A DNA stretch of 64,000 bases. It comes from a virus. Lineage: Duplodnaviria > Heunggongvirae > Uroviricota > Caudoviricetes. Below, piece after piece: positions 46,651 to 57,674 of the stretch (its first letter is position 1; each line of letters starts with the position of its first letter). The translations under genes were made by a program, and so were the position numbers. The stretch is taken from IMG/VR virus record IMGVR_UViG_3300010882_000010. One strand, written 5' to 3'. The notes under the pieces were generated by a model. It was not told the DNA's origin and did not search any database. It worked only from the letters and a program-made list of their open reading frames with translations.

Positions 46651-46656
46651 GATTAA

Positions 46657-49600
46657 ATGAGTATTACAAAACCATGGTATTATGTTAATTTTCCAAATGA
46701 TCTTTATTTTAATGGAAAAACAGTTAGATTTCTTAGATTGGTAATTGAAGATGAGACAGAAGAAATAAAAGGTCTTATAGGAGATATTTATGCTTGTTTA
46801 GTTCCAGTTTGGTTAGGAAATGAAAATAATGAAAATAATCTTTTTAAAAATAAAGAGATTATTTCTCAATATAATATTAATGGTGTAAATGCAATAGATT
46901 ATTTTGAAACTATTTGGGATGATAAAATACAAATATCTACAAAATTTTATGGAACTAATGATTTTATTTTTGGTTCTGGTGGAATGAATGTACCAAAAGA
47001 AGATAAATGGCAAAAAATTTCTTATGGTAATTTTTATGAATGGCGCATTGATTATTATGGAGAAAAAACAGAAAGAATTAAATTTGTTTTATTATTAAGT
47101 AAAGAATTACCAGAAAAAATTGATGAAATAATAGGAAATCAATTAGATCCAAATGATATAGGAAATTTTGGTATTAAAGATTATTTTTCTGAATATACAG
47201 GTACAGAATTTGGTCCGTTTCTTGATTATGTTGATGTTGATATTTTAGGAATTGCTTATGATAAAGTAGATAACAAAGTTAATATTTCTGAGTATCAATT
47301 AGATGATAAAGCAATTTTTGAGAATAAGACAAGTAATATGCTTATTCGTACAAATCCGTTACTTTCTGGAAATATTAAAGTTACAGTAGATAGTGAAAAT
47401 AATGTTTGGCTTAATAGTATTGATGCTAATAATGATTTAGCAAATTCTAGATACAAAAGATACAAAGTAAGTCCATTATCTCAATATGCAACCGATTTAT
47501 ACCGATTTTTTGATAATGGACAAACTCCTCCAGATATTGTTTTTGATTTAAAACAATATGATAGTGAGTATAAATTTACAAAACAAGAGTATTATTTACA
47601 ATATGATAATTTTTATGGATGTGGAGTTCAACGAATGTCAAATCGACTATATTCAGAAGAGTTTTCATTTTTAGCTCCAATTTGGCTTAAAAAAACTTTG
47701 CCAGAATTTTTTGTTATTTTTAAAGTAGATCATCCAATTTCTTTAGCAAGTTACAATAATGAAGAAGATAAAGAAATTTTAAAAGATGTTTTTAAAAATG
47801 CTAGTATTCTTAAAACTTTTGATTTACGAGAAGGTACAAAAATTGGAAATTATTTAAGAAATATTGTAAATAATATTAGATTTAAAGAAGAACCATTATT
47901 TATTACTTTTGATAAAGAATCTTTAAGTACTTGGTCTGGTATTTCATATAATGATGGAAATGTTACAGAAAAGGGAGAAAATCTTTATAATATTTTTACT
48001 GTCGATAGAACTATAAAAGAATTTGAAGAGTATATTACAGAAGGTTTTAAACGCCATTCTATAATTTGTCAAAATTTGATAAATCTAGAGTTTCTTTTTA
48101 ATGATGATATTTCTGAAGAATATTCAATAAATCGTTATTTTGGATTTTTTGTAAATGAAATTGAATTAGATAGATTTAATCCAAGTGAAATAATTTTAAC
48201 TAAATTATTTGAACAAAATCCAACACCAAGAAAGGGAATAGATGTAGTTCCTTATAATATGAATAGTTTTTATCAAGAAAATAAAAATGGAGTTGTTTTA
48301 CCATTAATTGAATCTGATAAAAATAAATTTACTTTAGAAAATGATACTGATAATTTTTTGACAAAATTTTCTGAAGATAAAGGAAAAATTTTAACAGTTA
48401 GAAATAGAGATAATGAATTTTATCGTATTCAAGATATACAAAATAGAGAAGATTATAAAGAGATAAAACTTTATGATAATAAAGTTGATATTAGTAAATT
48501 TGCTGGAATTGATAAATTTAGTTCAATGCTTAAAGCTGATTTATTAGATGAATCTTCGGCACAAATGGTAATACATCTTTATGATACTAATAAAGATCAA
48601 TATATTTTTAAACCTGGCGAACTTTTAACTATTGAATGGCAAGAAAATTCAGAATTTCATAAATGGGAAATGATTGCAAATGAAACAGCAATTCAGCCCG
48701 AAGATTGGTGGGATTTTCCTATTTATAATAATGATACTTTTACTTATCAAAATACTTTTAATCCAAAGGGAAGACCAGAACAAGTTGCAAAAGCTATAGC
48801 AGGTTGTATTAATCAATTTAATAGTAATCAATTTGAAGCAATTGCAATTGATAATAAGGTTTTTATTATTACAATTAAAAAATTTGTTGGTGGTAATCTT
48901 TTTAAACTTAAAAGAACTTTTGTAGAAGGTTCTAGTATAATGAATGTTAAATATTATGATAAAGAACCAGAAGTTAAACAACTTTATAATTATAAAGATT
49001 ATACAGTTCAATATGATAGAGTTACAGAAGAAGATATTTTATTAGATTCTACTTTAATCTTAGGTAATATTAAATTAAATAGTGAAAATAAGCCAGCAGA
49101 ATTAGAACGAGAATATTTTGATATTGAAATTGAAGTTTTAAAACTTAAAAATATTGTAGTTTCCGAATTACCTGAAAAAGGAAATTCAAATTATTTTTAT
49201 CATCATTTTATTAAAGAAGATGAGGAAAATGAAGGTATTGATCTATATTATATATGGATACAAAATGAATTTAAAATAGCAGAATTTTTAGATGAATATA
49301 CATCTTATAATTTTATAGGAGGTAATTCTAGAAAAAGAAACCGCGCGAAAATTGAAATTATAAATGGTAGTAATATTGAAGAAAATGATTGGTTTCAGTG
49401 TCAATCTCAAAAATTTAGTAAAATTAAAAGTTTTGAAATTGGTATTTCAAGAGATTTAAAAAATCAATTTGTTACTAATACTATTATAGTTTTACCTTAT
49501 TTAGATGAACCAATAAGAGGAAAAGGTGGAAAATTATTAGGATTTCAAGATCTTGAAAGATTTGTAAGTATTCAATTAAATGATGATTTTGAATTTTATA

Positions 49601-52600
49601 CTACAAAAGAAAGTTATATTTCAGCATATAAAATTTTTAAAACACCAATTTCTATACTTTCGGTTTTACCTATTAAAGATTTTGATTTTGATTTTTTCTT
49701 TTCTGATTATAGTTATACGCCAACAGTAGAATTATTAAAATATTTTGAATTTTATGAGCTTAAAAAAGGAGAAGAAGTAGAACTTTCTAATAATGAATTT
49801 TTTAGAGTTATAGGAGGTGGTGGTACTTTATTAGGATATAAAAATGGAGTTTGGAAAGATATTTGTGAATTTTCAGAAATATTAGGAGAAAATGTTTTTA
49901 ACACAATTCCATTAGTTTTAGAATATCAAGTTAAAATAGAAGATCCTGGAGATGTACCTAATGATTTTCGTACTTATAAAGTAATTGATAAATTTGAAAA
50001 ATTTAAAGTGATTGCTTTAGAAAACATTAAAGATACTAAAATAGTTAAATATCTTTATTCACAACAATGGAATGATAAAGATTTTAATGCAAAACGAAAA
50101 GTTACTTTAGATAATTTAGATTATAGTATGTTAGATTTCCCAGGTTTTTCAGGATTAAAAGGTCTAATTACAGAATCGGGGGATTTATTACAACTTAAAT
50201 TAAAAGAAAATGAAGATTTTAGAAGATTTTTATTACCATTTTTAAAAACCGAATACGATTATTTACTTGAAAATGAAAATAAGTATTTTGTAAGTAAATC
50301 AAGAGTTGTACCATATATCAATAAATGGGTACATAGTGGCACTGATGTTCATGATAATAATTATCGTCTTAATATTTCAAATGCTTTTGGACTAACAAAT
50401 TTTTCACCAAGTACAGAAATTTTAGTAGATCCTTCTTTATTTACACATGAATGGTATTATTTAGACAGACATCCTGAAAATTATCCGATTGAATTTTTAG
50501 AAAATTCTAGAAGTTATATGTTCAGTAAATTAGATGAAATTCCATTTCCTATTCCAGAAAAAGGTAAAATAGAAAGAAAACATGGAAAAACTTGGAAAGA
50601 ATTATTTTATTTTTCAAGAGAAGACGATCCTAATTATTTTTTAAAATATTTTACAGAAGGATATCCTACTAATATTTCACATGAAAATTTAATTATTAAA
50701 GAAAAATCTGAACGTTATGTTTTTACTGAATTTATTAAAGGATTAAATCAAGTACATTGTTTATTTAGAGGAGCTAGGTTACGAATTAATGAACTTGATA
50801 ATTTAGGAGAAATTATAAAAAATTCAAAAAAATATCAAGGATATAAATTTACATCTATTCTTACTTTAAAAACTAAAGAATTTTATAAATATACACCTCC
50901 TATTTCAATAGAAGTAATTGACAACCAAAGATTTAAGACAATAACTTTTATTATTTCGGTATTTATTCAAGATTATAAACTAAAAGATCATTTAAGTTAT
51001 TCTTCTTTATACACATTGAATAGTGTACAAAAAATAGATTCAGCTTTTAGAAATAATTATAGTGAAAATATTTTTATAGATGATAGAAGAAAAATAATGT
51101 CTAATAATCAATTTGTTTCAGTAGCAGATTATGATGATACACAAATAAATTTAATGTTTAGACCCGTTGGAAACATAGATATTGATAGAAAAAGATTAAA
51201 AGATAATAATTTAATTGAAGAAAGTTTTATTCAAAAAGATTTAGGTAATTTAGAAGAAATTTTTAATTTAAAAACCGAAGAAATAGAAGAAAATCAAATA
51301 ATAGATTTTACACATATTTGTTCTTTTGATAAATTTTTAAATAAAAGCTATGATCCATTACCATTTATTATAGCAACTATTTCTACTTTTTTTTCTAATT
51401 TTGGATATAAATTTAAATTCAATGCTTTTTTACCAATAGAAGGAAATATTAGAAAATCCATTTTTGATTTACTTTCAAATTTTATTATTGTTGATTGGAC
51501 CGCAATTCCTTCAACAAAAAAAATTCTCGATTATATACAGTATTCAAAAAATAATAATTTTAATAATAATTTTAATTTTATTATAAGTATTAATAATGAT
51601 AATACTACTGAAGTTTTTGCTCTTAATGGTGGTAAAGATTATAATAAAGAAATTGGTGAATTAATATCTTTTAATAATATTAAAAATTTTATAAATTTTA
51701 ATAACAAATTAGTAGAATATATTTCAATTGAATCAAATGGTACTATTCATAATTCTAAAAAAGGAGACCAAGTTTTTTCTTTAGAATTTATTGAGCCTAA
51801 TGAATTTGCGAAATTTGATATTATGCAACCAATAATAGATTCTGATATTCCATCTGAATTAAAAACTCATCAAGTAATAGGTTATGATACTAAAAAAGTT
51901 AATACTTTTAAAAAATTACAAAGATATGGAGGATTTTATGGTCCAAAATCTAAAAATATTTTGAAATATAATTTAAGTGAAAAAGATACAGTAAATAAAT
52001 TTTTTGAAAAAGATTTTACTTTATTAAATACTACCTTAAATTTTGATATAACTAATAATAGTATTATCAAAAATTTATCAATTAATAAAATTACACCAGA
52101 TAGTATACCAATAATTACAGGTGAATTAACTTATTTTAATAAATATCCATTAGTTAATAAAGTTGCTATTGATAATAAAAATCATAATATAGTTCTTAGT
52201 AATTGGGATAATAATTATTATAGAGATTATAGTATAAATTCAACTGATTTTGAAGAGATAGAAGGTATTAAAGAAATGCAAGAAATTAAATCTTATTTTG
52301 GTGGCAAAGTAATGAATATTAAAAAAGAGTATAAATTAGACCAATTTAATAATCAAGAATTTAAAATTGAATTAATTAGTCCTACAGGTAATAATATTAA
52401 TACTAAAGAGTCTACTAAAAATACTTTTGATGGTGGACAATTAAAACTTGAAATTTCTTTAGATTTGAGAAATAGAATGATAAGATATTTATTTGCTGAT
52501 AATATTGAAAAAGAATTTTATTGGGTAAAAAATAATTCAAATTCATCATTTTCAGAAAAAACATCAAATGAAATTTCAGGAATAGTACAAAATTATATTG

Positions 52601-52890
52601 ATAAAAATATTATTGAAATTTTTGAAATTGATAGTATTTTACTTTATACAAAAGAAGAAATAAGATCTTATGAAATAAATGAAGATGAAAATAATATAAT
52701 TCCAGAACGTTTTTATACTTTAAGATTAGAAGAAAGTGAAGTGGATTTAATAAAACAAGGTTTTAGAAGAGATAAATCATTTATATTTGAGAAAAATGAT
52801 ATTGATAAATTATTAGCAAAAATTACAGTTTTCTTAGATACAAATCTTTATAAGAATATAGGAATTGTTACAAAATTAAAGAGAATATAA
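46657..52890 (+). CDS. Very large virion structural protein
   Basis: 2077-aa uninterrupted ORF in the late operon; compositionally distinct (TATA-rich). Confidence 0.6.
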   Translation: MSITKPWYYVNFPNDLYFNGKTVRFLRLVIEDETEEIKGLIGDIYACLVPVWLGNENNENNLFKNKEIISQYNINGVNAIDYFETIWDDKIQISTKFYGTNDFIFGSGGMNVPKEDKWQKISYGNFYEWRIDYYGEKTERIKFVLLLSKELPEKIDEIIGNQLDPNDIGNFGIKDYFSEYTGTEFGPFLDYVDVDILGIAYDKVDNKVNISEYQLDDKAIFENKTSNMLIRTNPLLSGNIKVTVDSENNVWLNSIDANNDLANSRYKRYKVSPLSQYATDLYRFFDNGQTPPDIVFDLKQYDSEYKFTKQEYYLQYDNFYGCGVQRMSNRLYSEEFSFLAPIWLKKTLPEFFVIFKVDHPISLASYNNEEDKEILKDVFKNASILKTFDLREGTKIGNYLRNIVNNIRFKEEPLFITFDKESLSTWSGISYNDGNVTEKGENLYNIFTVDRTIKEFEEYITEGFKRHSIICQNLINLEFLFNDDISEEYSINRYFGFFVNEIELDRFNPSEIILTKLFEQNPTPRKGIDVVPYNMNSFYQENKNGVVLPLIESDKNKFTLENDTDNFLTKFSEDKGKILTVRNRDNEFYRIQDIQNREDYKEIKLYDNKVDISKFAGIDKFSSMLKADLLDESSAQMVIHLYDTNKDQYIFKPGELLTIEWQENSEFHKWEMIANETAIQPEDWWDFPIYNNDTFTYQNTFNPKGRPEQVAKAIAGCINQFNSNQFEAIAIDNKVFIITIKKFVGGNLFKLKRTFVEGSSIMNVKYYDKEPEVKQLYNYKDYTVQYDRVTEEDILLDSTLILGNIKLNSENKPAELEREYFDIEIEVLKLKNIVVSELPEKGNSNYFYHHFIKEDEENEGIDLYYIWIQNEFKIAEFLDEYTSYNFIGGNSRKRNRAKIEIINGSNIEENDWFQCQSQKFSKIKSFEIGISRDLKNQFVTNTIIVLPYLDEPIRGKGGKLLGFQDLERFVSIQLNDDFEFYTTKESYISAYKIFKTPISILSVLPIKDFDFDFFFSDYSYTPTVELLKYFEFYELKKGEEVELSNNEFFRVIGGGGTLLGYKNGVWKDICEFSEILGENVFNTIPLVLEYQVKIEDPGDVPNDFRTYKVIDKFEKFKVIALENIKDTKIVKYLYSQQWNDKDFNAKRKVTLDNLDYSMLDFPGFSGLKGLITESGDLLQLKLKENEDFRRFLLPFLKTEYDYLLENENKYFVSKSRVVPYINKWVHSGTDVHDNNYRLNISNAFGLTNFSPSTEILVDPSLFTHEWYYLDRHPENYPIEFLENSRSYMFSKLDEIPFPIPEKGKIERKHGKTWKELFYFSREDDPNYFLKYFTEGYPTNISHENLIIKEKSERYVFTEFIKGLNQVHCLFRGARLRINELDNLGEIIKNSKKYQGYKFTSILTLKTKEFYKYTPPISIEVIDNQRFKTITFIISVFIQDYKLKDHLSYSSLYTLNSVQKIDSAFRNNYSENIFIDDRRKIMSNNQFVSVADYDDTQINLMFRPVGNIDIDRKRLKDNNLIEESFIQKDLGNLEEIFNLKTEEIEENQIIDFTHICSFDKFLNKSYDPLPFIIATISTFFSNFGYKFKFNAFLPIEGNIRKSIFDLLSNFIIVDWTAIPSTKKILDYIQYSKNNNFNNNFNFIISINNDNTTEVFALNGGKDYNKEIGELISFNNIKNFINFNNKLVEYISIESNGTIHNSKKGDQVFSLEFIEPNEFAKFDIMQPIIDSDIPSELKTHQVIGYDTKKVNTFKKLQRYGGFYGPKSKNILKYNLSEKDTVNKFFEKDFTLLNTTLNFDITNNSIIKNLSINKITPDSIPIITGELTYFNKYPLVNKVAIDNKNHNIVLSNWDNNYYRDYSINSTDFEEIEGIKEMQEIKSYFGGKVMNIKKEYKLDQFNNQEFKIELISPTGNNINTKESTKNTFDGGQLKLEISLDLRNRMIRYLFADNIEKEFYWVKNNSNSSFSEKTSNEISGIVQNYIDKNIIEIFEIDSILLYTKEEIRSYEINEDENNIIPERFYTLRLEESEVDLIKQGFRRDKSFIFEKNDIDKLLAKITVFLDTNLYKNIGIVTKLKRI

Positions 52891-52892
52891 TT

Positions 52893-52908
52893 GGAATAAA
52901 TAATAAAA
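52893..52908 (+). promoter_or_regulatory. Late-type promoter GGAATAAATAATAAAA
   Basis: Motif copy before the tail fibre gene. Confidence 0.65.
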
Positions 52909-52922
52909 ATAAAATAGAATAA

Positions 52923-55532
52923 ATGAGTACAGGAATTCCAGTAATTTTTTCTACAGATAAGTTTAGTGAAATGATTGATAAAATTAATCAAGGATTTCAA
53001 CAACTTTCTATTTTAAATGGAGGTCCGAGAGGAAAAAACGGAAGACAAGGTATTCCAGGATTACCAGGAATGCAAGGTATTAGAGGATTTAAAGGTGAAA
53101 CAGGACGAGCCGGTAATAAATTAGTTTTTATTGGTTCAATCCCAACAGACGATGATATTATTATAGATGGTGATACTTTAACTACTATTCCAGATCAAAA
53201 TAAATTAGTAGAATTAATTAATCAAGGAATTTATCAAGTAGGAGATACTTTTTTAGTAGATGGTCCATTAGATGGTACAGAGCCAACAGAAGGTACAACT
53301 CTTTATACTTTTTGTAAAATTCAAGAAACAGAAATAGAAGATGATCCTTATGAATATTCTTATTTTACTTTAAATAGAATTTCAGATTCAGATGGTATTT
53401 GGATAAATCATTCATCTACTTATACTGGAACAGTACCAAATATACCTATTACAATAAATATTCCTAATTCAAGTAATATGCAAAATATTAATCCACCATT
53501 AGGAGTTCCATTTGATGTTACAAAAAATTTTTTATTTAATACTTATATTTCATCATATAATAATACTGAAACAGATATTAATAGTTTTTTTACACAAAAT
53601 AGTTCAGTAGCAAATCCTATTTTATTATGGAATAAAAGACATTTTAAATTATCCATTGATCAAAAATCTCCATATATTGGACCAAAATCTCAATTTGAAG
53701 CTTATTTTAATATAATAAGACCATATTCTTTTCATTTGGATCAATCAAATTTATTACTTAATATTTATGGTGGTTATCAAAAAAATTCAACTAATAGACA
53801 AAGTAATTTTAGCTTATATAATAGATGTGCCCCCATTTTATATTTACAATTAGATGAAACTGGTGGTGATTCATCATATGGAGATGTTGGAGGTACAAAT
53901 GGATTTACAAATTTTGGAATTTTTATTAAAAGATTACCATTAAATAATCAAAATAAATCTATTTTAATAATTGCTTCGGATAATTCTAATACTAATGATA
54001 TTTATCTAAGAACTAAAAATGTTTGGTCAGATGGTAATTTTATTTCAGATATAAGTAGTGATCCAGCACAAGAAAAGCAAGATAGATTTGTAAGATATTA
54101 TACACCATTATTAACAGGTGACATTGAAAACAATAATATTTGTTCTACTTATTATGGTAATAGTAAATATAATGAGAATAATATTTTTGAATTTGAAACC
54201 GGATTTGATATTCGTTTTAATAAAACAACATCAAGACAAAATGGAAGTATTAATACAAAAATAACATCTAGAGATAATTTAGGAAATATATTACAAAAAA
54301 TATTAGTTTCAAGAATAGATGAAAATGGAAATTTCAAATATTGTATTGATACTAGACCAGATTTTCCAATATTTCCTGCACAACCAAATTATGGAAGTAG
54401 TAATATAGAAACTAATACTTTATTTACAATTGAAGAAAAACGTAATGATAAACAAATTCTTAATTTAATTGGAAGTGATAATAGTTTTGAATTTACAAAT
54501 GGTAATACAGGTTCAAGACTTTTAAAAATTTTTGGTCCTAATAATCAAAATTTTGGTATTAAATTTTTAAGAAATGAATTAGATTCATTATCAATAGAAA
54601 CAAAAAATAATGGAAATAATGAAATTGTTTCAAATCTTTCTACTTTTTCATTATTATCATTAGATAATTTAAATTTCGGTTTACGTTCTGGAAGTACTAC
54701 TAATAATATTGCAGGTATTCGTAGAAGTGATAATTTATTTTGGATTTCACGACAAATTATTAATAGACCTATTGGAAGTAGTAATAATATTTTATTGTAT
54801 CTTCAAGGAAATAATCCAATTTTACAAATAAAAGATGGAAGTGAAGCTAATAATAAAGTTTTGTGTTCAGATGAATTTGGACAAACAGAATGGAAATATA
54901 CTTATTCTACTAAGCCAAATTTAATATGGGATTTTACTTTTCCAAGTACATTATCAAATCAAGATCCAGTAATACAAAATAATTATAATGGAACAAATTA
55001 TAATTATTTTGGAATTCCAACCGGTATTGTAAATTTTTCAGCAAATCCATCAAAAGTAACTTGGAATATTGATAAAAACTCTACTTTTATTTATGCAGTA
55101 GGTAGTATTTCTAATATTTTTAAACAAGATGAATTTTCATATTCAATATCATCAATAATTCAAGTTAGAATAAATTTACCTATTTTAACAACATTAGATA
55201 GTGATTTAGGAACAGAAATTGAATTTTTATTAGATATATCAGATACATCATTAGATGTATTTAGAGCTGAAAGTGGTTCTGGTGCAACTTTACAAAAAAC
55301 TTTTTTCAAAATCGGCACAACAGCAACAGATGACTTATTAAAATTATCACCACTTGAGTATACTTACATTGCAAACGGATATAAAATTAATTTTAAAGTA
55401 AAATGGATGAGAAATCATCAATGGGTGGTAGTTCATCGTTCAATAGAAGGAAGAGAAAATTGTGGAGTTTATCCGATATTATTTGGAGAACATAATAAAC
55501 AAAGTGAATTTTTAATAGATGGTACACTTTAA
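52923..55532 (+). CDS. Tail fibre protein with collagen-like repeat
   Basis: (G-X-Y)n GPRGKNGRQGIPGLPGMQGIRGFKGETGRAG at 53022-53114; LQIKDG...NKVL.SD..G...W fibre motif; N/S/T-rich. Confidence 0.75.
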   Translation: MSTGIPVIFSTDKFSEMIDKINQGFQQLSILNGGPRGKNGRQGIPGLPGMQGIRGFKGETGRAGNKLVFIGSIPTDDDIIIDGDTLTTIPDQNKLVELINQGIYQVGDTFLVDGPLDGTEPTEGTTLYTFCKIQETEIEDDPYEYSYFTLNRISDSDGIWINHSSTYTGTVPNIPITINIPNSSNMQNINPPLGVPFDVTKNFLFNTYISSYNNTETDINSFFTQNSSVANPILLWNKRHFKLSIDQKSPYIGPKSQFEAYFNIIRPYSFHLDQSNLLLNIYGGYQKNSTNRQSNFSLYNRCAPILYLQLDETGGDSSYGDVGGTNGFTNFGIFIKRLPLNNQNKSILIIASDNSNTNDIYLRTKNVWSDGNFISDISSDPAQEKQDRFVRYYTPLLTGDIENNNICSTYYGNSKYNENNIFEFETGFDIRFNKTTSRQNGSINTKITSRDNLGNILQKILVSRIDENGNFKYCIDTRPDFPIFPAQPNYGSSNIETNTLFTIEEKRNDKQILNLIGSDNSFEFTNGNTGSRLLKIFGPNNQNFGIKFLRNELDSLSIETKNNGNNEIVSNLSTFSLLSLDNLNFGLRSGSTTNNIAGIRRSDNLFWISRQIINRPIGSSNNILLYLQGNNPILQIKDGSEANNKVLCSDEFGQTEWKYTYSTKPNLIWDFTFPSTLSNQDPVIQNNYNGTNYNYFGIPTGIVNFSANPSKVTWNIDKNSTFIYAVGSISNIFKQDEFSYSISSIIQVRINLPILTTLDSDLGTEIEFLLDISDTSLDVFRAESGSGATLQKTFFKIGTTATDDLLKLSPLEYTYIANGYKINFKVKWMRNHQWVVVHRSIEGRENCGVYPILFGEHNKQSEFLIDGTL

Positions 55533-55549
55533 TAAAAATTAAAAATAAA

Positions 55550-56455
55550 ATGGCAGATATAGGAGATACAGGTTCAACGGGGTTTACTAGCATAGGAGGT
55601 AGTTCAATAACATTTAAAAGATTGTATATTACTAATGATACTAATTTTATTCATATTAAACAACCTAGCGCGGGTCAAGGGTTTTTAATATCTAAAATTA
55701 TTGCACCTTCTCAAGCAATAACGGGATATCAACTTAATATTTTAATTGGTCCAGATTTAACTATTAATCAAGGTGTTGCAACTAGAGGTGCTATAGGATT
55801 TGCATATCGTTCAACCAATTCAGTAGATTGGATGGGTAATAGTCAAATGGAAACCAATGGTACAAATTTTAATTATGAACCTAATAATACTTTAAATGCA
55901 CATACAGGCACTAATAGATTTGAACTTAATGCAAGATTTAATACTAATATAATATGGCCAGATTATGCTAATGGTATTCCATTTAATGAATATGGTTTAG
56001 CTAATGTTGTTTATGATCCAACTAATGGCGCAAGTGGCGCGGGATTTGGAACTTTTAACAATTTTTATCCACGAAAAAGAACAAGTACAAATCCAACTTC
56101 TTCAGGTTCAATTGGATTAGATGATGATGAATTATTTGAAATGAGAGGTTTGAGAAGAAAACCAAAATTATTAAAATTTGTCTATGTTCAAAATTACAGA
56201 CCTTTAAGATGGAATTTTAATATTGGTACTGATGTTAGTTCTGGGAGTTCATTACCTCAATATAGTATGGATCCTATTGGTAATTATTGGATTTTACAAG
56301 ATATTACAGTACTTCAAGGATTTAGAACATTTTCAAATAATGTTTCACAAGTTAAAGATAATGTTAGATTTACAAACTCTAGTATTATTAAACAAACTAC
56401 TACTAATAATAGTTCAAGTACTACAACCACGGGACCGGGTGGACCAAGTGCTTAA
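55550..56455 (+). CDS. Tail-fibre-associated/receptor-binding protein
   Basis: G/S/T/N-rich beta protein following the fibre gene. Confidence 0.5.
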   Translation: MADIGDTGSTGFTSIGGSSITFKRLYITNDTNFIHIKQPSAGQGFLISKIIAPSQAITGYQLNILIGPDLTINQGVATRGAIGFAYRSTNSVDWMGNSQMETNGTNFNYEPNNTLNAHTGTNRFELNARFNTNIIWPDYANGIPFNEYGLANVVYDPTNGASGAGFGTFNNFYPRKRTSTNPTSSGSIGLDDDELFEMRGLRRKPKLLKFVYVQNYRPLRWNFNIGTDVSSGSSLPQYSMDPIGNYWILQDITVLQGFRTFSNNVSQVKDNVRFTNSSIIKQTTTNNSSSTTTTGPGGPSA

Positions 56456-56471
56456 AAATTAGAAAGAAAAC

Positions 56472-57353
56472 ATGCAAAAGATAATTAACTTTTTTAAGAA
56501 TACTTTAGTACAACGAATTATACTTTTAGTTGGTATTTTTGTATTAATTACTTTATTTATAACTAAATGTCAAAAAGATAAAGGTGAAATAACAAGACTT
56601 AATCAAAATATTGCATATTATCAAGATTCTTTACGAGTTTCACAGAATAAAGCGGGAGAGTGGGAATATGCTCATAATGTTTTAGCAGCAACTAACAAAA
56701 ATTTAGAGTCCCTTAATAAAGATTTAGCAGATGAAGTTAAAAAAGAAAAAGGTAATGTTGTTTATCTTTCTAAAATAGTAACAGTACTTGAACAGAAAAT
56801 AATAGAGATTTCAAATACAACCGGTGGACAAATTGATGTAGAGATTAATGATAATAAAACACAGACAATTACGTTTAAATATAGTGAAGTATACTCACCC
56901 GGAAATTCAAGACACTTAGAAGGTAAAGTAGATGTAGGTTTTCATTCGGATGAGTTTACAATATATGAATTTTTATCAGATGATAAGGAAGATACTATAA
57001 AGGTAAAAATTCCAGTAATTGATAAAAATGCTACATCAGTTTCAATCCCAATAGACAGTATAGTAATGACTTTGATTACAGGACTTAAAGAGAATGAAAA
57101 AACAGGATTTCTTGAAATTTTTGTTCGTTCAAATTATCCAGGATTTTCAGTTGCTTATCTTGATGGTGCAATAATAGATCCACACAAATCAACTTTGATA
57201 AAATCTTACTTTCCACCAAAAAAATGGGCACTTGGTGTTTCAGTAGGTCCAAGTGTAATGGTAGATTTTAAGGGACAATTTCATGCTGGAGTTGCATTAA
57301 CTCTTGGATTACAGTACAACTTATGGCAATGGAATTTTAAGAAGGTAAAATAA
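56472..57353 (+). CDS. Membrane-anchored coiled-coil protein, spanin-like
   Basis: N-terminal TM, coiled coil and C-terminal amphipathic beta-hairpin (KKWALGVSVG...GLQYNLWQW). Confidence 0.5.
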   Translation: MQKIINFFKNTLVQRIILLVGIFVLITLFITKCQKDKGEITRLNQNIAYYQDSLRVSQNKAGEWEYAHNVLAATNKNLESLNKDLADEVKKEKGNVVYLSKIVTVLEQKIIEISNTTGGQIDVEINDNKTQTITFKYSEVYSPGNSRHLEGKVDVGFHSDEFTIYEFLSDDKEDTIKVKIPVIDKNATSVSIPIDSIVMTLITGLKENEKTGFLEIFVRSNYPGFSVAYLDGAIIDPHKSTLIKSYFPPKKWALGVSVGPSVMVDFKGQFHAGVALTLGLQYNLWQWNFKKVK

Positions 57354-57362
57354 TGAGAAAAT

Positions 57363-57662
57363 ATGAGAATAGTAAAGTTTGAAGATTTTGTTAATGAATC
57401 AAGTTTTGAAGTTCAAAATGCTAATAGAAAAGAATTAATTGTTATTCTTAAAGAACTTGCAGATAATAAAGAAATTTCGGAATTATATCAAGAACCTCAT
57501 TGGGACAATACTAAAAATGGTGTAATGATAGGATTTACAACAAGAAAAGATAGTGAATTGGTTAAAAAACATCTTAAAAAATTAGGATGGAAAGTAGATG
57601 CATGGTATAATACAGTAGCATATCCAAATCATCCATTTAAACTTGAAGTAGATAGAAAGTAA
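57363..57662 (+). CDS. Putative internal head protein
   Basis: N-terminus MRIVKFEDFVNE closely resembles the T4 capsid-targeting sequence. Confidence 0.6.
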   Translation: MRIVKFEDFVNESSFEVQNANRKELIVILKELADNKEISELYQEPHWDNTKNGVMIGFTTRKDSELVKKHLKKLGWKVDAWYNTVAYPNHPFKLEVDRK

Positions 57663-57674
57663 AAATAAAGAAAA

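Noticed and set aside
51736-51756. NGTIHNS resembling an intein C-terminal motif
   Set aside because: No recognisable intein N-terminal block, block B/F or endonuclease motifs upstream.
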